Positions 50,805-63,486 of a stretch of DNA of 64,000 bases are shown here, in pieces. Both the position numbers and the translations under genes were made by a program. How positions within the stretch are numbered: position 1 is the stretch's first letter; each line of letters opens with the position of its first letter. The DNA is from Ramazzottius varieornatus (Eukaryota; Animalia; Tardigrada): assembly GCA_001949185.1 (NCBI GenBank), contig BDGG01000002.1, positions 1,323,145-1,387,144 of the forward strand. The letters are read 5' to 3'. Below the pieces are notes generated by a model. The model saw only the letters and a program-made list of their open reading frames with translations. It was not told the DNA's origin and did not search any database.

Positions 50805-53800
50805 ATGGAAGCAATGGAAGAGTATCTGAGGGAGCATCCTCTCGATCTCAGCAATCTTCCAGAAGAATTTTGGCAGTTGGAGGAAACGCAACTGGCACTG
50901 CTGAAAATGTCGGACAACGACAGCTATAATTCGACGCTGGGAATACTCGACAGGCGGAGAAACTTTCCACTGTCTTATCGCATTGCCGCCACCTTGTGCC
51001 ACACATTCATCTTAATCTTGGGAGTAACCGGCAACTGTATACTGATCTATGTCGTACGCAAGGTCACCACCCTTCAGAGTCCAACGTACTGTTACCTGGT
51101 GGGTTCTTCTAGTCTTTTCACGGGAATTTCGTTCGAATAGCTGTTTTGATAGAAAACTGAGACGGCAATACCACGGCCAATATTCGAACTATAACGATCT
51201 ACATCCGTACCGTTGCGTGGGCGTGCTGTGTTGTGTTTAAAATGCTCGAAGCCCATGAGCTTGGGCAGAGCGAAATCTCTTTTACACTCGAAAATGAAAC
51301 AAAATTTGGGACAACCCCCATTCTAATCGGATTTTCTGCAGTAAGCAAGTAGTTGTCATTTAGTTTCAGTACATGATCATAGTGTGGTTGATCCCTTGCT
51401 TTGTGATAAGTGTTACTCTAACACACCGTGGTGGACCCGACCGACTAACTCACTAAGACAGTCTGCTGCTATAAAACCGTGAAGTTGAATTGGAACGTGG
51501 CTTAAAACGTCTGTTAACTTCTTTGAAGCCTTATTTCTGTGAAAAACAAGAACCTCGATTGTCACCCAGCATATCGATGTTGGTCCTTCGAGACCCTTCT
51601 CCCCACAGACCAACGCAGGATTGGTAGTGTCCACCCAACCGTAAAAACACTTGGTCCAAAATGGAAGTTGATTGCGTCACAAAAAAGCAAGAGCTCAGAA
51701 ACAGTACCAAGGAAGATTGTTAAAACTGACGAAATAATATCATCACCAATAATGTCTTTCGCTGTGATTAGCGATTTTTTTGACAGGTTGCCTTGGCTTT
51801 CGCCGATCTGTTGGTAATTGTCACCGTAGTACCCGAAGCCATACTGTACAATGTGTACGAGTGTTGGCTAATGGGTCCGACGGTCTGTGCCACCTTCATC
51901 TACCTCAACTTTGTCAGCATCAACGTCGGAAGCTTAAGGTACTGTGACCCCCTTCTTCGACTGAAATTTGGTCTTTTCGGATCTGTGCGCAGACAGGCGC
52001 TACGTATACGCCCAGTTCCCTGACGTAGGGTCGTAAATTCAGCTAATCCAAGTCATCGTCAGCCTGCTAACTTAACCGGAGACGGAAAAACCAGGGCCAG
52101 TCCCCCCCCTTTTCTCCAAACGATTATTCTTGCTTTGAATAGTATTTTTCGAAATTACATTAGAATAACACGACAGGGTGTGTGACCTTGCAGGATAGCA
52201 CTCTATGGTCAATGTAACCTGATGCATCCTTCTCAGACCGTCACCACGCTTTGGGTCATGTCGCGTTCAGGTTACGCAACAGCTTATACATCCCAGAACC
52301 ACTGTCCGCTCAAGCCCTTAATTTCAACGTATTTCTTACACCACAATGTTTGTTCAAAAAATTCCGCATATGCATGGGTAGTATCGCTGCATGGTTCGAC
52401 ACGATGCACCATGTCGGCCAGACACTGTGACGTTGCTCACTAGTGCACGATACATGGTACAGTTCTACTTTCGAGATGTGACAATTGCTTCTTCTGCGAT
52501 CGAACATCAAGTATGTACGGGGGTGCTTGCCACAGGTCGCACAGCACGATGAGCTGATCGACGCCTTGTTCGAGGTTGACTTGATCAAGTAATCAAGTGT
52601 GTATCCGTTCAGCTTATCGATCTCGTTTGAACAGTGTGACGAGCAGCCTGGTAAACTTATGAGCCGTTCGGAACTGAAATCGGGCGTTTGAACTGTCCAA
52701 ACTCGGAGGTAGGACTGTGCACACAAACGAGACGAACATCGCGATTTGGGCGGCCAAAGCCCTGGGCGGGGCCGGCGGGCCTGATTAATTTGGGCAATAT
52801 CATTTGCTGAGTTGCGGCTGCATGAAATCGGTAAGCTTTCTTGTTCCCACAAAACAGACAACTACGTTAAAGTGCCGATCCTTGGGCTCGGGCAATTAAA
52901 GAGCGCGTCGCTCGTTGATTCTGATTGACCGAGCCAAATGATCGGCCCTTTAAAGCGTATCTCCTACTTTACTTTTCTCGCAAAGCCCAGACTCCGGGAA
53001 GAAACTCGCTGTAGCTCGTGCAATAGATTCCACGGCCAGGAGAAAAATAAACGAAGCGTAATCATAACGAAACCCATTTGTAAAGGCCATTAAACTTTCC
53101 GGTGTTAACACCTCAAAAGCTTTCTTTTTACAGACTGGGTGTAGACATTCTGTGAAGGAATTACCACATCACCACGTACTGTGTATATCATCAAAATTTG
53201 ACCGAGAAAAAAAGGGTTGATCCGCGGGGTATAAAAGCAGCTTTCGCTAAATTCAAATAGTGGGTTGGGAGTAGAAGCCAGTGTAAAAGGAAGTTTGTTG
53301 ATGAAATCAAGCCTGGCTTCTTTTAGTATCCTGGCCTTCACCATTGAACGCTTCATCGCCATCTGCTACCCCCTGCAGGCTCGCAAAGTGTGCTCGATTG
53401 AGCGCACCATAAAGATCATCAAAGGAACGTGGATCTTCGGCATGCTCTACTGTTCTCCCTGGCTGGGCCTCGCTTCTGTTCGCAAGGACCTACACCACAA
53501 AGACTGCGAACAGTGCGAAATGAGCCTGACATCGAAAGGTGCCTACATTGCCGTCTTCGGAGCCGATCTGCTGCTATTCTACGTGATTCCACTTGTCGTA
53601 GCCATTGTAGTGTATGCTAAGATCGGCAAGGTGCTGTACAATAGTCTGGGTTTGATGAAACGGGATGTTGCCGGAGGAGAGCTGATCTTTCAGATGAAGG
53701 AACTGGTTCGGGCTGGGTCGCGGAACACAGCGCTGCCAGCTGGCGGCGATTATGGCGACTTGTTCGAAAGGGACTTGATTCAGCGGGAATCACCCAGTCA

Positions 53801-54807
53801 GAGATCGAAGCAGCATTTAATCTACGCTGCAAGATCCCGAGTGCGGGTAAGTCGTCAACAGTTTGAACTGGCTCTCACTGCTCTACCGGACTAGCTATCA
53901 CGTAGTGCGGCGGAAATTTTATGGTGGAACTCGACCTACCATAGTGATTTAGAACGTTTTCTGAAAACAGCATGCGATGAAATCAAGAAGGAGTACGCAG
54001 GGGTGAGCCCAACGGAATACTCTGTCTTTGTCAGGAATCTTTTACGTCAGTCAGAGAGCAAAGGCAGGGCTTATAATGTAATTGCTGAGAAAGCCGTGCA
54101 TCCAGGAAATAAGATCAACTTCGACCTTCAGACCTAATTTGGCTAACTGGTTTGATAAAGGGTTGTCTGCCGGTCCTTTAGACTGATTCTTTGTGGGTTT
54201 TTTTTGTAAGGAGATATCCTGTTCGATTTCGCGAAAGACGACTGCTCTTCCTTTCCGTTTTGTCAACTCATCCCTGATTTCTTTCCTGTAGGTTCTTCGA
54301 ATGTTAGTTGTAATCGTGATCCTGTTTGCCATTGCCTGGTTGCCCTACCGCGGTCTCCTCGTTTACAACACCTTCGTTGACGAGCCTTGGCTGGATGTCG
54401 GTTACATGTTCTTCGCCAAGACGTTGATTTACCTCAATTCCGCCATTAACCCTTTCCTCTACAACGCCATGAGCCGTCGTTTCCGTGGGGCCATGTGCAA
54501 AGCTCTCAAGATCTCCCGTGTCGATCCGGTAACCGAAAGCAGCAGGAGAAACGGGCCACTCCAGACGGTGTTAAGGTTCCGTTCCAAGGATAGGCTGTTC
54601 TTGAGAACACCACCTTTGGTCCCTGTTCTCACCGTGCAGAAGGCCCCTGCACGAAGCACAGTGACGTCAAGCAAGATCTCCAGCCCAGTGAAGATGGGTG
54701 TTTCACCGAAAGATCTCCACGAGGAAATGGTCGACCTTAGCCGATGCCATTATGTCCGCTATTGTCCTCCCTGCCGTAATCCCGGTGGAGAAGGAGATCC
54801 AGTGTAG
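50805..54807 (+). CDS. TRHR: Thyrotropin-releasing-hormone-receptor-like class A GPCR
   Basis: Exons 50805-51098, 51787-51938, 53327-53846 and 54292-54807; LQSPTYCYLVALAFADL, SILAFTIERFIAICYP, WLPYRGLLVYN, NSAINPFLYNAMSRRFR. The C-terminus may be spliced further. Confidence 0.85.
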
Positions 54808-56361
54808 CCAGTATTGTTAAAACTGCCATGCAGACAAAGTCACCCGCCAGGATAATAGTGTCTCTTTCAGATCTTTCACCCTGTTGCACGTGCATGAAAC
54901 GTCTCTTTTGATGCACACACAGAGATCTGTCTAGGATTGCCTTGTCGGAAAATTTAATCTCCGTTCTGCGGTCGATCGCAAACCTCCAAAGATCTGGCTG
55001 TTTTCAACAACGTTTAGTCGCTCCAACTCGATAATTAGATTTGGACCTGCTTTTCCATGCGTTAGCTAAACGGCGAACACGAAAAGCTCCATAGCATAAT
55101 CTTCAGCATCCTGTTTTCGAAATTAACGGATACGTAACGTACGATAACCTGTCATTCAACCCTGTCGCGGACGCTTCCCGAGCCATGTAATGACTGGAGA
55201 CTGAATCAATCGAGTGAATCGATATACATGTACGAGGTAAAGGACATAATTCTGCCGTACCTGTTTTTGGGACGTAATTATGACGGGTTATATTTCTGAG
55301 CTCACTGCACCACCTCGCTTAGGTTTTCGTTACCAAGGTAGACAGACTTATGTCCCAGAGCTGTGTATAGGTTTTAAATGAGAAGAAGTTTAGGATCGAA
55401 GAAGCTTCTCTTAGGAGGAAAAGAGGTCTGTCTAATGTTAAAAGCCTAAGTTTGTATCAACAATTGTACGATGAGAAATAAATCAAGCGTTAACGACAAT
55501 GCTCAAACGTTTTAAGCCGTCAGAATTACGTCCCAAAAATGGGTACGGCAGAATTAGGTCCTCTACCTCGTATCTCGAAAACTTGGCCGTAAAAACTTCA
55601 TCTCCTACTACCTGCTTGCACAGCTCATCCACCGTAATGTGCAAGGTACGTGATTCCGCATTGGTAATTCCACGAAAATAGTAACCTATAGTAACTCACC
55701 AATACAGTTTCCGACACTTTTCTACGGTTGAGTGTGCATTCCGCCGTCTTCTCCGCCTGGCCCATAATTTTTGATAGTCCATAATTTCTCTTCTTGCGTT
55801 TAAAAACCCATCAAATTTTTTCTCGCTCGGTGTTTCATACATCGATTCGAATCATCTTTCGCAGACGTTGTACGGGCAGTGCAGTAGGCTCGGTTTGTTC
55901 ATGCTGAAGAACTTCACCCCGTCGCGACAGCAGGTGGATTAAGCCCTTCACTTTATACAGTATTTATCGTAACTGACACACCGTATGGTAGACTGAAATC
56001 ATCGGTTATCGCACCTTTTGCGTTCCAGTTGAAAATTCCGCGCGTGCTGAAAAAGCAGGAACTCGTAGACGGCACATGCTAACCGAACGACCTTCAAAAC
56101 ATGGAGAGTATCTGAGACCCCGGCTCACTCTTGACACGTTGCTTTGCACATTAAGAGTTTCTGGAGCATCTAGAGTACTATTATCCAGATGCTGTATCCG
56201 AGGTGGTGTGTTTAGCTTTCGGTATAACGACTTAACATAAAATTCCCTTCCTTGTTCAAACTTCAAAAAAGAAACAACAAAAATTGGAACAAAACCTTCA
56301 TCGCGTGTGGATTGAGACAGGCAGGTAGAAACATTCGTTGGACCAGATCATCGGCTTCCGA

Positions 56362-56676
56362 TTAGCACCAGAACTGCATGCAAGTATTCATCTCGTCTTT
56401 ACAAAATCCCGGGAACTCTGTGTTAGGTTGATCAGCTGTGGGGATTTTGCAGTCGCATATCCTTCCCCAACGGTGGCATCCACCTCGAAGACCCGTGTGG
56501 ATCGTTGGCATTTGCCCGCGACCTTCCAAAAATTCTGCGAAGGACATTGATGAGACGGGATAACCGACATCTTCGACACGGTAAACTGTCTTACCTCCAG
56601 TTGGACTGCTGACAGATGCACTCATGGCAGCTGAAACGACCAGCAACAAGACGAAAGACGATACTGAACCGCTCAT
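56362..56676 (-). CDS. Small secreted six-cysteine peptide precursor
   Basis: Signal peptide; probable intron 56535-56594; C-terminal R-GGCHRWGRICDC...FPGFCKDEMNTCMQFWC; TATA-like sequence near 56762. Confidence 0.8.
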   Translation of the reverse strand: MSGSVSSFVLLLVVSAAMSASVSSPTGGKTVYRVEDVGYPVSSMSFAEFLEGRGQMPTIHTGLRGGCHRWGRICDCKIPTADQPNTEFPGFCKDEMNTCMQFWC

Positions 56677-57903
56677 GATTCCGAGTGACGTACGCTTCGT
56701 GGTGCTGCAGTTGATCTGCGGGGTGCTGCAGTTGATCTGAAGTTCTGAAGAGGAGGCGTCGTTATAAGAACATAGGAGTAGTGCAGCATCAGAGTTCGTA
56801 CCAATTTTGTTTAGTATCTTGGACTACATAAACAGTTTCGAATATGAAATTAATAGCGCTTGGTTCCAAGCCGCCAGTTTGTGTTTTGTTATGTTGTCGG
56901 TGGACCCAGCACGCGCCATCACTTTTGATTTTCATAATCAAACATGACATTGCCAATATTAGGTTTCCAGGCGAAGGTATTACGCGTTAACTCAGTGAGC
57001 AGAATACGTAATAACAATTAAAAATTTGAGTGTGATGTATTCATACTCCGAGCCTGTCTATAGTACTCCGCCTACCTACGACGTTTTTCAAAATCTCCAC
57101 AGGGTGGAAGTATGGCCGCCGTTGCGAGCGGCATCTGTCGCGTGTCCCTAGAGTTGCCTGAAATCAATTCCACGTTAAGAAGTTGACCCTTCTCCCTAAA
57201 CGCGCAGTGTTTATCGCGAAGACCACGACTTCCGTGTGCCAGCTGACAACACGCAGATCTTGTCGGAAATTAGCCATTGGCTTTTGGCTGGCACCCGCAA
57301 GCCGTGGTCTTCGCACCAAACGCTGTGTACAGTATCTAGGGACGGGCATCGACTTTTTAACTTAGAATCGATTTCTGACACCTTTGCGGGTCGAGGTGGC
57401 ACTAATAAGGCCACGGCTTCCCAGATTATGAGAAGAATGCTGAAAGTCTCGGTTTCCACCTATTATACATGTACACCACTTCATGATAGCCTGCCGGTCT
57501 GAGCGTTCGGCCCGAGTTCTCCAGTCATCATCATGTTGCAAATTATCGATCGCACAGATATGCGAAGTGCTCAAGTTTTAACTTGCGAAGAAATTATTCA
57601 TACTTGAATGTATAGGCTGTCTTCCGGTCAAAGGCTTTGCCATAATGGCTAAATTCTAATATAAGTAGTTCGTCTTAATGCGTTCAAAAACTGATAGTGA
57701 CGGTAATCGGGCACTTCTGTCTACTGCGCTCAATCCATGTCCGGTTCGGTCATCTTTATCAGCAGAAAAGTCAAATTCTTCTTCACAATTGCTGTACAAG
57801 CTGTAGACAACACCGGGAGTATCATGAAAAGGAAACAGTACAAAAAGTACGTAGAAAGGCAGGAGGCAGCACCAGCTTGGAATGTTGGAGAGACATTGGA
57901 CAC

Positions 57904-58296
57904 TTAATGGCACCAAAATTGCATGCATGCGGTCATTTTCTTCTTACAAAATCCAGGAAACTCTGTACCCGCCTGATCGACGGTTGGTGTCTTGCAGTCG
58001 CATATTTTTCCCCAACGATGGCAACCACCGCGAAATGCAGAATCTACTCCCGGCAGCAATTCTCGTTGTTCAAGTGAACCTGCCATGTAAACAAATAAAA
58101 TGTAGAAAGTGAGTGTAAAAACAAGAAACGCAGATAAAAAACGCGATTGACTTGCAAGTTCGAATTCCCTGATTACGAAAGTGAGATGAAATACAGAGGG
58201 TAAAACTGTATGTACTGTACCTGAATTGACGGAAGCTGCCGTACATAGAGACAAGAGCAGCATCGTAACTCCTATGGTCAACAGTAGGCGCGCCAT
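57904..58296 (-). CDS. Small secreted six-cysteine peptide precursor, tandem paralog of 56362-56676
   Basis: Signal peptide; probable intron 58080-58220; C-terminal R-GGCHRWGKICDC...FPGFCKKKMTACMQFWCH. Confidence 0.8.
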   Translation of the reverse strand: MARLLLTIGVTMLLLSLCTAASVNSGTVHTVLPSVFHLTFVIREFELASQSRFLSAFLVFTLTFYILFVYMAGSLEQRELLPGVDSAFRGGCHRWGKICDCKTPTVDQAGTEFPGFCKKKMTACMQFWCH

Positions 58297-58632
58297 GTCG
58301 GTCGCGGTGGGTACTTGGCTTCACTGGCTTGAAATGTTTCCGGAATGAGCAAACAAGTTTAACCAAGCTGACTCGGTTCTTTGCTGCTTTTATGTGCAGT
58401 CGAAAAAGAATGCATACGGTGATATTATTTGGACCAGACATGTACCAACCGTTACGCAGGTGCCGGAGAAAGCTTAGCCGACGCATGGTTTACATACGAA
58501 TTACATGTTTAATTCACTGAAAACCATCCGAAGTGTCTTGGTTCTTAATCATGTGGTTCCATAATATCGGTAGGAAGGTTTCTCCAGATCCCCAACGTAA
58601 CTGACGTAGATCGAGGTACACAATCTCCGTTG

Positions 58633-59272
58633 TCACACGGGTTCAAAAAATAGCGGTTTTTCCTGAAGTTCAGCACTGTATATAATTTCTGCCACAGGAG
58701 CCGAAGCTCTTACAGCATCGTTGCGTATTCTGAAGCAATACACGGCTGCCGCAACACAGATGCCGATTATAAAGAAAGCGAAAGCGAGCTCGTCGATGGA
58801 GACAAACAGGTAAAAACCATACGTCATGTGGACATGTGCAATGGTCGATGCGATAACGAATGCGGAAACGATGGCTGTAATAATGTTGAGCGCCGCAGCC
58901 AAAGTCAGACTTCTGGTCGACGGATATTCTTTCGAAGAAACGTGAGCACAATGTACGTTGAAAGCTCCGGTTAGGATGGTCAAGAAGCCGTACCAGAAGC
59001 CAGTGTACATGTACCATGAATTGTGCTTCGGATTAACTATTGCGATAATCAAAGCTGCAAGATGCAACAACCAGACTTATGCACACGAAGTGCAGTTCGG
59101 ACTATACCGTGGGTGGATTCTAGTTTCGTCAGCCCGTCAAAATAACAAGAACATTACACTTACGAAATATTTCAGCAACAAACATGATCAATCCAAGGAC
59201 CAACACGACGGCGCCCAGCCCGTTTAGATGAACTCTTCGTCTCGCGTCCAATACAGGGACTACGACGTCCAT
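58633..59272 (-). CDS. Four-TM MS4A/CD20-like membrane protein
   Basis: Exon 1 MDVVVP...LGAVVLVLGLIMFVAEIF|gtaagt; exon 2 has GFWYGFLTILTG and two further hydrophobic helices. Confidence 0.6.
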
Positions 59273-60929
59273 TTCCCAGTTCCAGGTGATGTTTTGCTCC
59301 AACGCTCAACTTCCTGGTGGTGACGGGGAAACACGGTATTACGTAGCGCACCAGTTACATCACTGCAGGAGTGTACTTGGAGACGATTATGTTGTGCCGT
59401 TGGTTTTCCATTGTCTGCGCAAAGTGTAAGGAATTCTCGCCATATTCACCCTCTGGCTATCGTGTACATTCCGAGTTTTTTGTCTGTTGGTTGAGTGCAA
59501 CAGTGGGTAGGTCCGGACCGCTTACAGCTGGTCGGGAAGTCTTTCTCCAGTAGCTGTACCAAATTTGTTCCGGGGATGGTATTAACTCGGCTCAAGGTGC
59601 CAGCGCTAACGCAAACGACAGTACAACCAAAGTTTATCTTTTGATCGAAAGCCGAACTCTAACCTTAGCCTGTACTGAAGAGCTAATGGACATCAATCTG
59701 CGGTACATAGGTCTTTCCGGTTTGGCTGAAAGCACAGGTACCTACACGTACGACAGCGCCATCTCTTGCCCTTTCTTCCTTTCGTCAACTCGCATATGTG
59801 CCGGGCGGTCATTCGTAACTTTCACAAAACTTTTCCTGCTGAGACGAATTCCGTTTTTAGCTTTTTCCAAACACAACTATAAGTGGTCGCTACTAAGGTG
59901 TATGTTCTTTGTTCCGATCACATTGGGATCACGCCATTATTGCATTCCGTCCAGGAAGAAACAGTCCGCCACGACGCATCGTGAAAGCAAAACTGGTGGT
60001 AAGAATGATATCAAGATAGAAAAGCCCTTTGTAACGATGTTTGGAAAAGACGATCAATCGGTAACCTCGGTCAAAACGTGAGAAAAATAAATTGAAAATG
60101 TGAAATCCGGCAAATTCATCCGGAGTTTGTACCAGTTGCTGCCCCCAAGCTCTGTTGCAGGAAACAACCGGGGGATCGGGATGATCCGTGCTCAACCTTT
60201 CCCTCTTCAGCCGAACGGAAGTCACCCTGATGGATGGACCTCGATGGTAGGTACCTCAAACTGCTCCTGCGCATACCTCTCTTCAGTCGGATATGGAACG
60301 AGTCATCCTGAACGCGGAAGCCTACGCATCGCCGACTAGTTTATCTTTAGTTAGTTTATCTTCAGCCCTTTATTCTGTAAACTGGCGGTCTGTTTCTTAC
60401 GTGGTACAGTTTGTGGTTCCGTACGTGGCTTCTCTCCTTTGAGCCATCAATAGTTTTCTTTTCTTCCTTTGGCTTTAGTTTTCTGATAAGCGTCATCCAA
60501 CCAGAAGTCTCCATTGTTGGAATCAAAAGGCAGGCGACTTATCGACTTTGGCTGTCGTCACAACAGCCATGCTTTCTTGAAATCCGATCACGCGCGAAGT
60601 GGGGTCGTTGCCCACGGCACTGTTTATTATCGAGCGGCGCTTTGGCCACGGCATCCAGAAAATTGGACTAATCTGCTCCGTACCGCCAAGGTCTTCCGCT
60701 ATCGACGTCCATGTTCACTTATGCATCCCTTCCATGAAGCTATTTAGCCCACCTGCCATGAACTTGGCTTTGATAAATGCTCCAAGGCTCGATATCTGGA
60801 TTTTCTTCGTACCGCTGAATACCTGAAGGATCCTTTGAGACGGCAAGCAGTTCGTAATGTGAATGTCGTCAGCGTGTCAGCTGCGGAACCGGCCACTAAA
60901 TTACCGAGCTTGGAAATTCCGCTGTCATC

Positions 60930-63486
60930 ATGGCTTATTCCGATCTGAATAACTCATCGTCCGACTTGACGCGAAACGTCCAGAACAGCTCGACCAATGG
61001 CAGCGAAGGCATGAACGAGGAGGAACGAGCTGTTCGATACGTGGTTATGTCCATTTCGCTGCTTTTGACCTCCGTCGTTTGTTCGGCCAGCAACGCCCTG
61101 ATTTGCTGTGTGATTATTCGCGCTAAACTTTACCAGTCGGCCTTTCACGCGACTCTGTTCGTTCTACACGCAGGTATCTTCCATGTCGTTCCTCAGAGTA
61201 GTGTTGTTCGCAAAAGCTAATCAGAACCTAATAATATTGCATTGTACACGTACGACGGGAAATTACGGTACAGTAAAAATTAGAGACAGGCCTTTTTCGC
61301 CACGGCGTTACGGAAGCACACACGAACGAGCCATTTTCACTAATACACTTTTTAACTCTTCTCTGCGGTTTAATTTCCATTTTGCGGTCTTTTCCGCTTT
61401 TCTGATAATTTTTTCTGTCCCAATTTTTTACTGTCCTGACAACTGCAAAGGCCGAGCGAGTGCGTAACGCTATCTTGAATGATACCTCATTGCTGTCTGA
61501 TGATAGAGTTTGCCACTTAGCCAACCCGATCAAACCAAAATATTCCAGGAAGCCAATTCAGACGAACCGCGTGCGAGACACCATCCAGCAAAGGAACAAC
61601 CTGGGCCAGAATCGTTCTTTCCGAAGTCTGGAACGACGGCAGTGCACTATAGAAGGCTCGGCGAAGCTAAAATAAGCCGCTTTAGCCGTTCTTAGCTGTG
61701 GCTAAAAATGTTTTANNNNNNNNNNNNNNNNNNNNNNNNNNNNNNNNNNNNNNNNNNNNNNNNNNTTTAGCCGCGGCTAAGAGCGGCTAAAACGGCTTAT
61801 TTTAAAAACGATGATCATGCAATGTTTAGTTCGAAATGTTTCGCGGTGTGGGCATTGTTGGACGATGGGTCTTGCTAATCGCCGCCGCGTTTGGCCTGGT
61901 TGGGTTTGCAATTAGAAACGTCTGGCACCCAGGTCAACTGGCGCACCGTCTTACACTTCGGGATGTGCCCATAAAGCCGTGACTGGACGGGTAGTCAGAG
62001 CCCTGCCGTCCAGACGGTAGTGTGACTCAGGTCCGCAGACCGCCGTAACGGACCGCGTACTGTAGCGACTGCGAACAAATATTCCCGCGCACCCGGACCA
62101 ACCGGCGCGTCGTTTTTCGTTATTATGTTTGCGATATCTGAAAGCTTCATCATTTTCCTCGTCCACTGAATTCGTGACAGACTTAAAAGGCCCTCGATTC
62201 GCTCGGCCTGATAATTTCCCATCGTACAAGTACTGCTCATATGACCGAGATTTCTACTGTTTTCAGGAGGTTGGGCCTTGGGAATTTTAGGTATCGTTGC
62301 TTCCATCCTTCTCCCCGATTTTTGTGTACTGACTTCGCGGATGTTTTAGGCGCTGTTGTTGCGGGCTGTATGGTCCAGTCGGCAAAGTGCGTCCTGAGCG
62401 AGCATCTGTGCACTATGTACGGCTTCGTCATTGCGTGGTCAGGTATGCGCTAGCTATGGTGATTCCTTATGCCGTCCAGATTTTTCCAGATTTTTCGTCT
62501 AATTAAACAAAAATCAAGTCAGAATTATCTGCAGGAATTGGGTGTATTTTTTCCATTGCTGTCATCTCGTATGAATGGTACCGGAAGTTGATATGCTTGA
62601 GCAGATCCAGGAATTCTCGGGCCAATTGGCATATTGTTGTTCGGCTTGGAAGCAGTGAGTGTCACGAACTCACTTCCGACCGCACTTCCGTTTTGCCAAT
62701 CTTGTGAACTCTAATTATGGTTCTTCTTGATCAGTCTGGTTCGCGAGTTTCGTCGTTACGTGTCCGCCACTGTTTGGATGGAATCGGTAAGTACATATAA
62801 GTTTTATGAAATCTTTATTGATTTCGGGTTCCTTGATCGGCAGACTAATTCTACGTACTTCCACGTATCGAGTTTAGCTACACGGTTGAGGGTTACGCCA
62901 TGCCATGTTCGGTCGACTGGGAATCGACGTTACTGACCGACAGGCTATACGTTGCATACATGTTCACCTTAGGACTCTTTATTCCGCTGGCGGTCGTTCT
63001 GTTCTCCTACGGCAATATTATTCGGATTATGCGAACGGTAACACATTTCGTTTTGTACATCTTGTTTGCTCACTGGTCTAGGATCTTTTGAGAAAAAACT
63101 GCGTGTTCACTCCTATGCAGATAGCAGATCGACGAGCCACGAGCTGCCCACACATGGCCGCCTTCGTCTCCCGCCATCACATAAGAATGATGCAGATGCT
63201 CTTCGCCATGTTATTGGCCTTTTGTGTCACCTGGATTCCGTACGGTATCCACTGCTTGATTATCGTTTTCGGCCACAAAAAGATTCTGTCGGAAGATGGC
63301 GCCATCTTTATCATGATGCTGGCAAAAGCTTCGATCGGCACCTACCCTGTAATATATGCCTGCATGAATAACGAGGTACGAATGCGATAAAACTCTGGCC
63401 TGGAACTTGTCCCGACTATTCACGATATCTCTCTGCCGTAGATACAGAACGCCTTTAAGGCATGGAGCATAAGAGGTGGCTGCTAA
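60930..63486 (+). CDS. Opsin, c-opsin/pteropsin-like, divergent; multi-exon
   Basis: Seven TM segments across phase-matched exons; PPLFGWNRYTVEGYAMPCSVDW (E181 equivalent), LFIPLAVVLFSY, TWIPY, retinal-binding Lys in LAKAS (codon 63325-63327). Confidence 0.85.
61668..61803. repeat. Inverted-repeat element spanning an assembly gap in opsin intron 1
   Basis: AAAATAAGCCGCTTTAGCCGTTCTTAGCTGTGGCTAAA pairs with TTTAGCCGCGGCTAAGAGCGGCTAAAACGGCTTATTTT; N-run 61716-61765. Confidence 0.7.

Noticed and set aside
52310-52861. 183-aa antisense ORF in GPCR intron 2
   Set aside because: No domain motif; it lies beside GC-rich repeat-like sequence and is probably TE debris.
56701-56739. 18-bp tandem duplication GGTGCTGCAGTTGATCTG upstream of the first peptide gene
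   Set aside because: Only two copies, consistent with simple slippage; no evidence of function.
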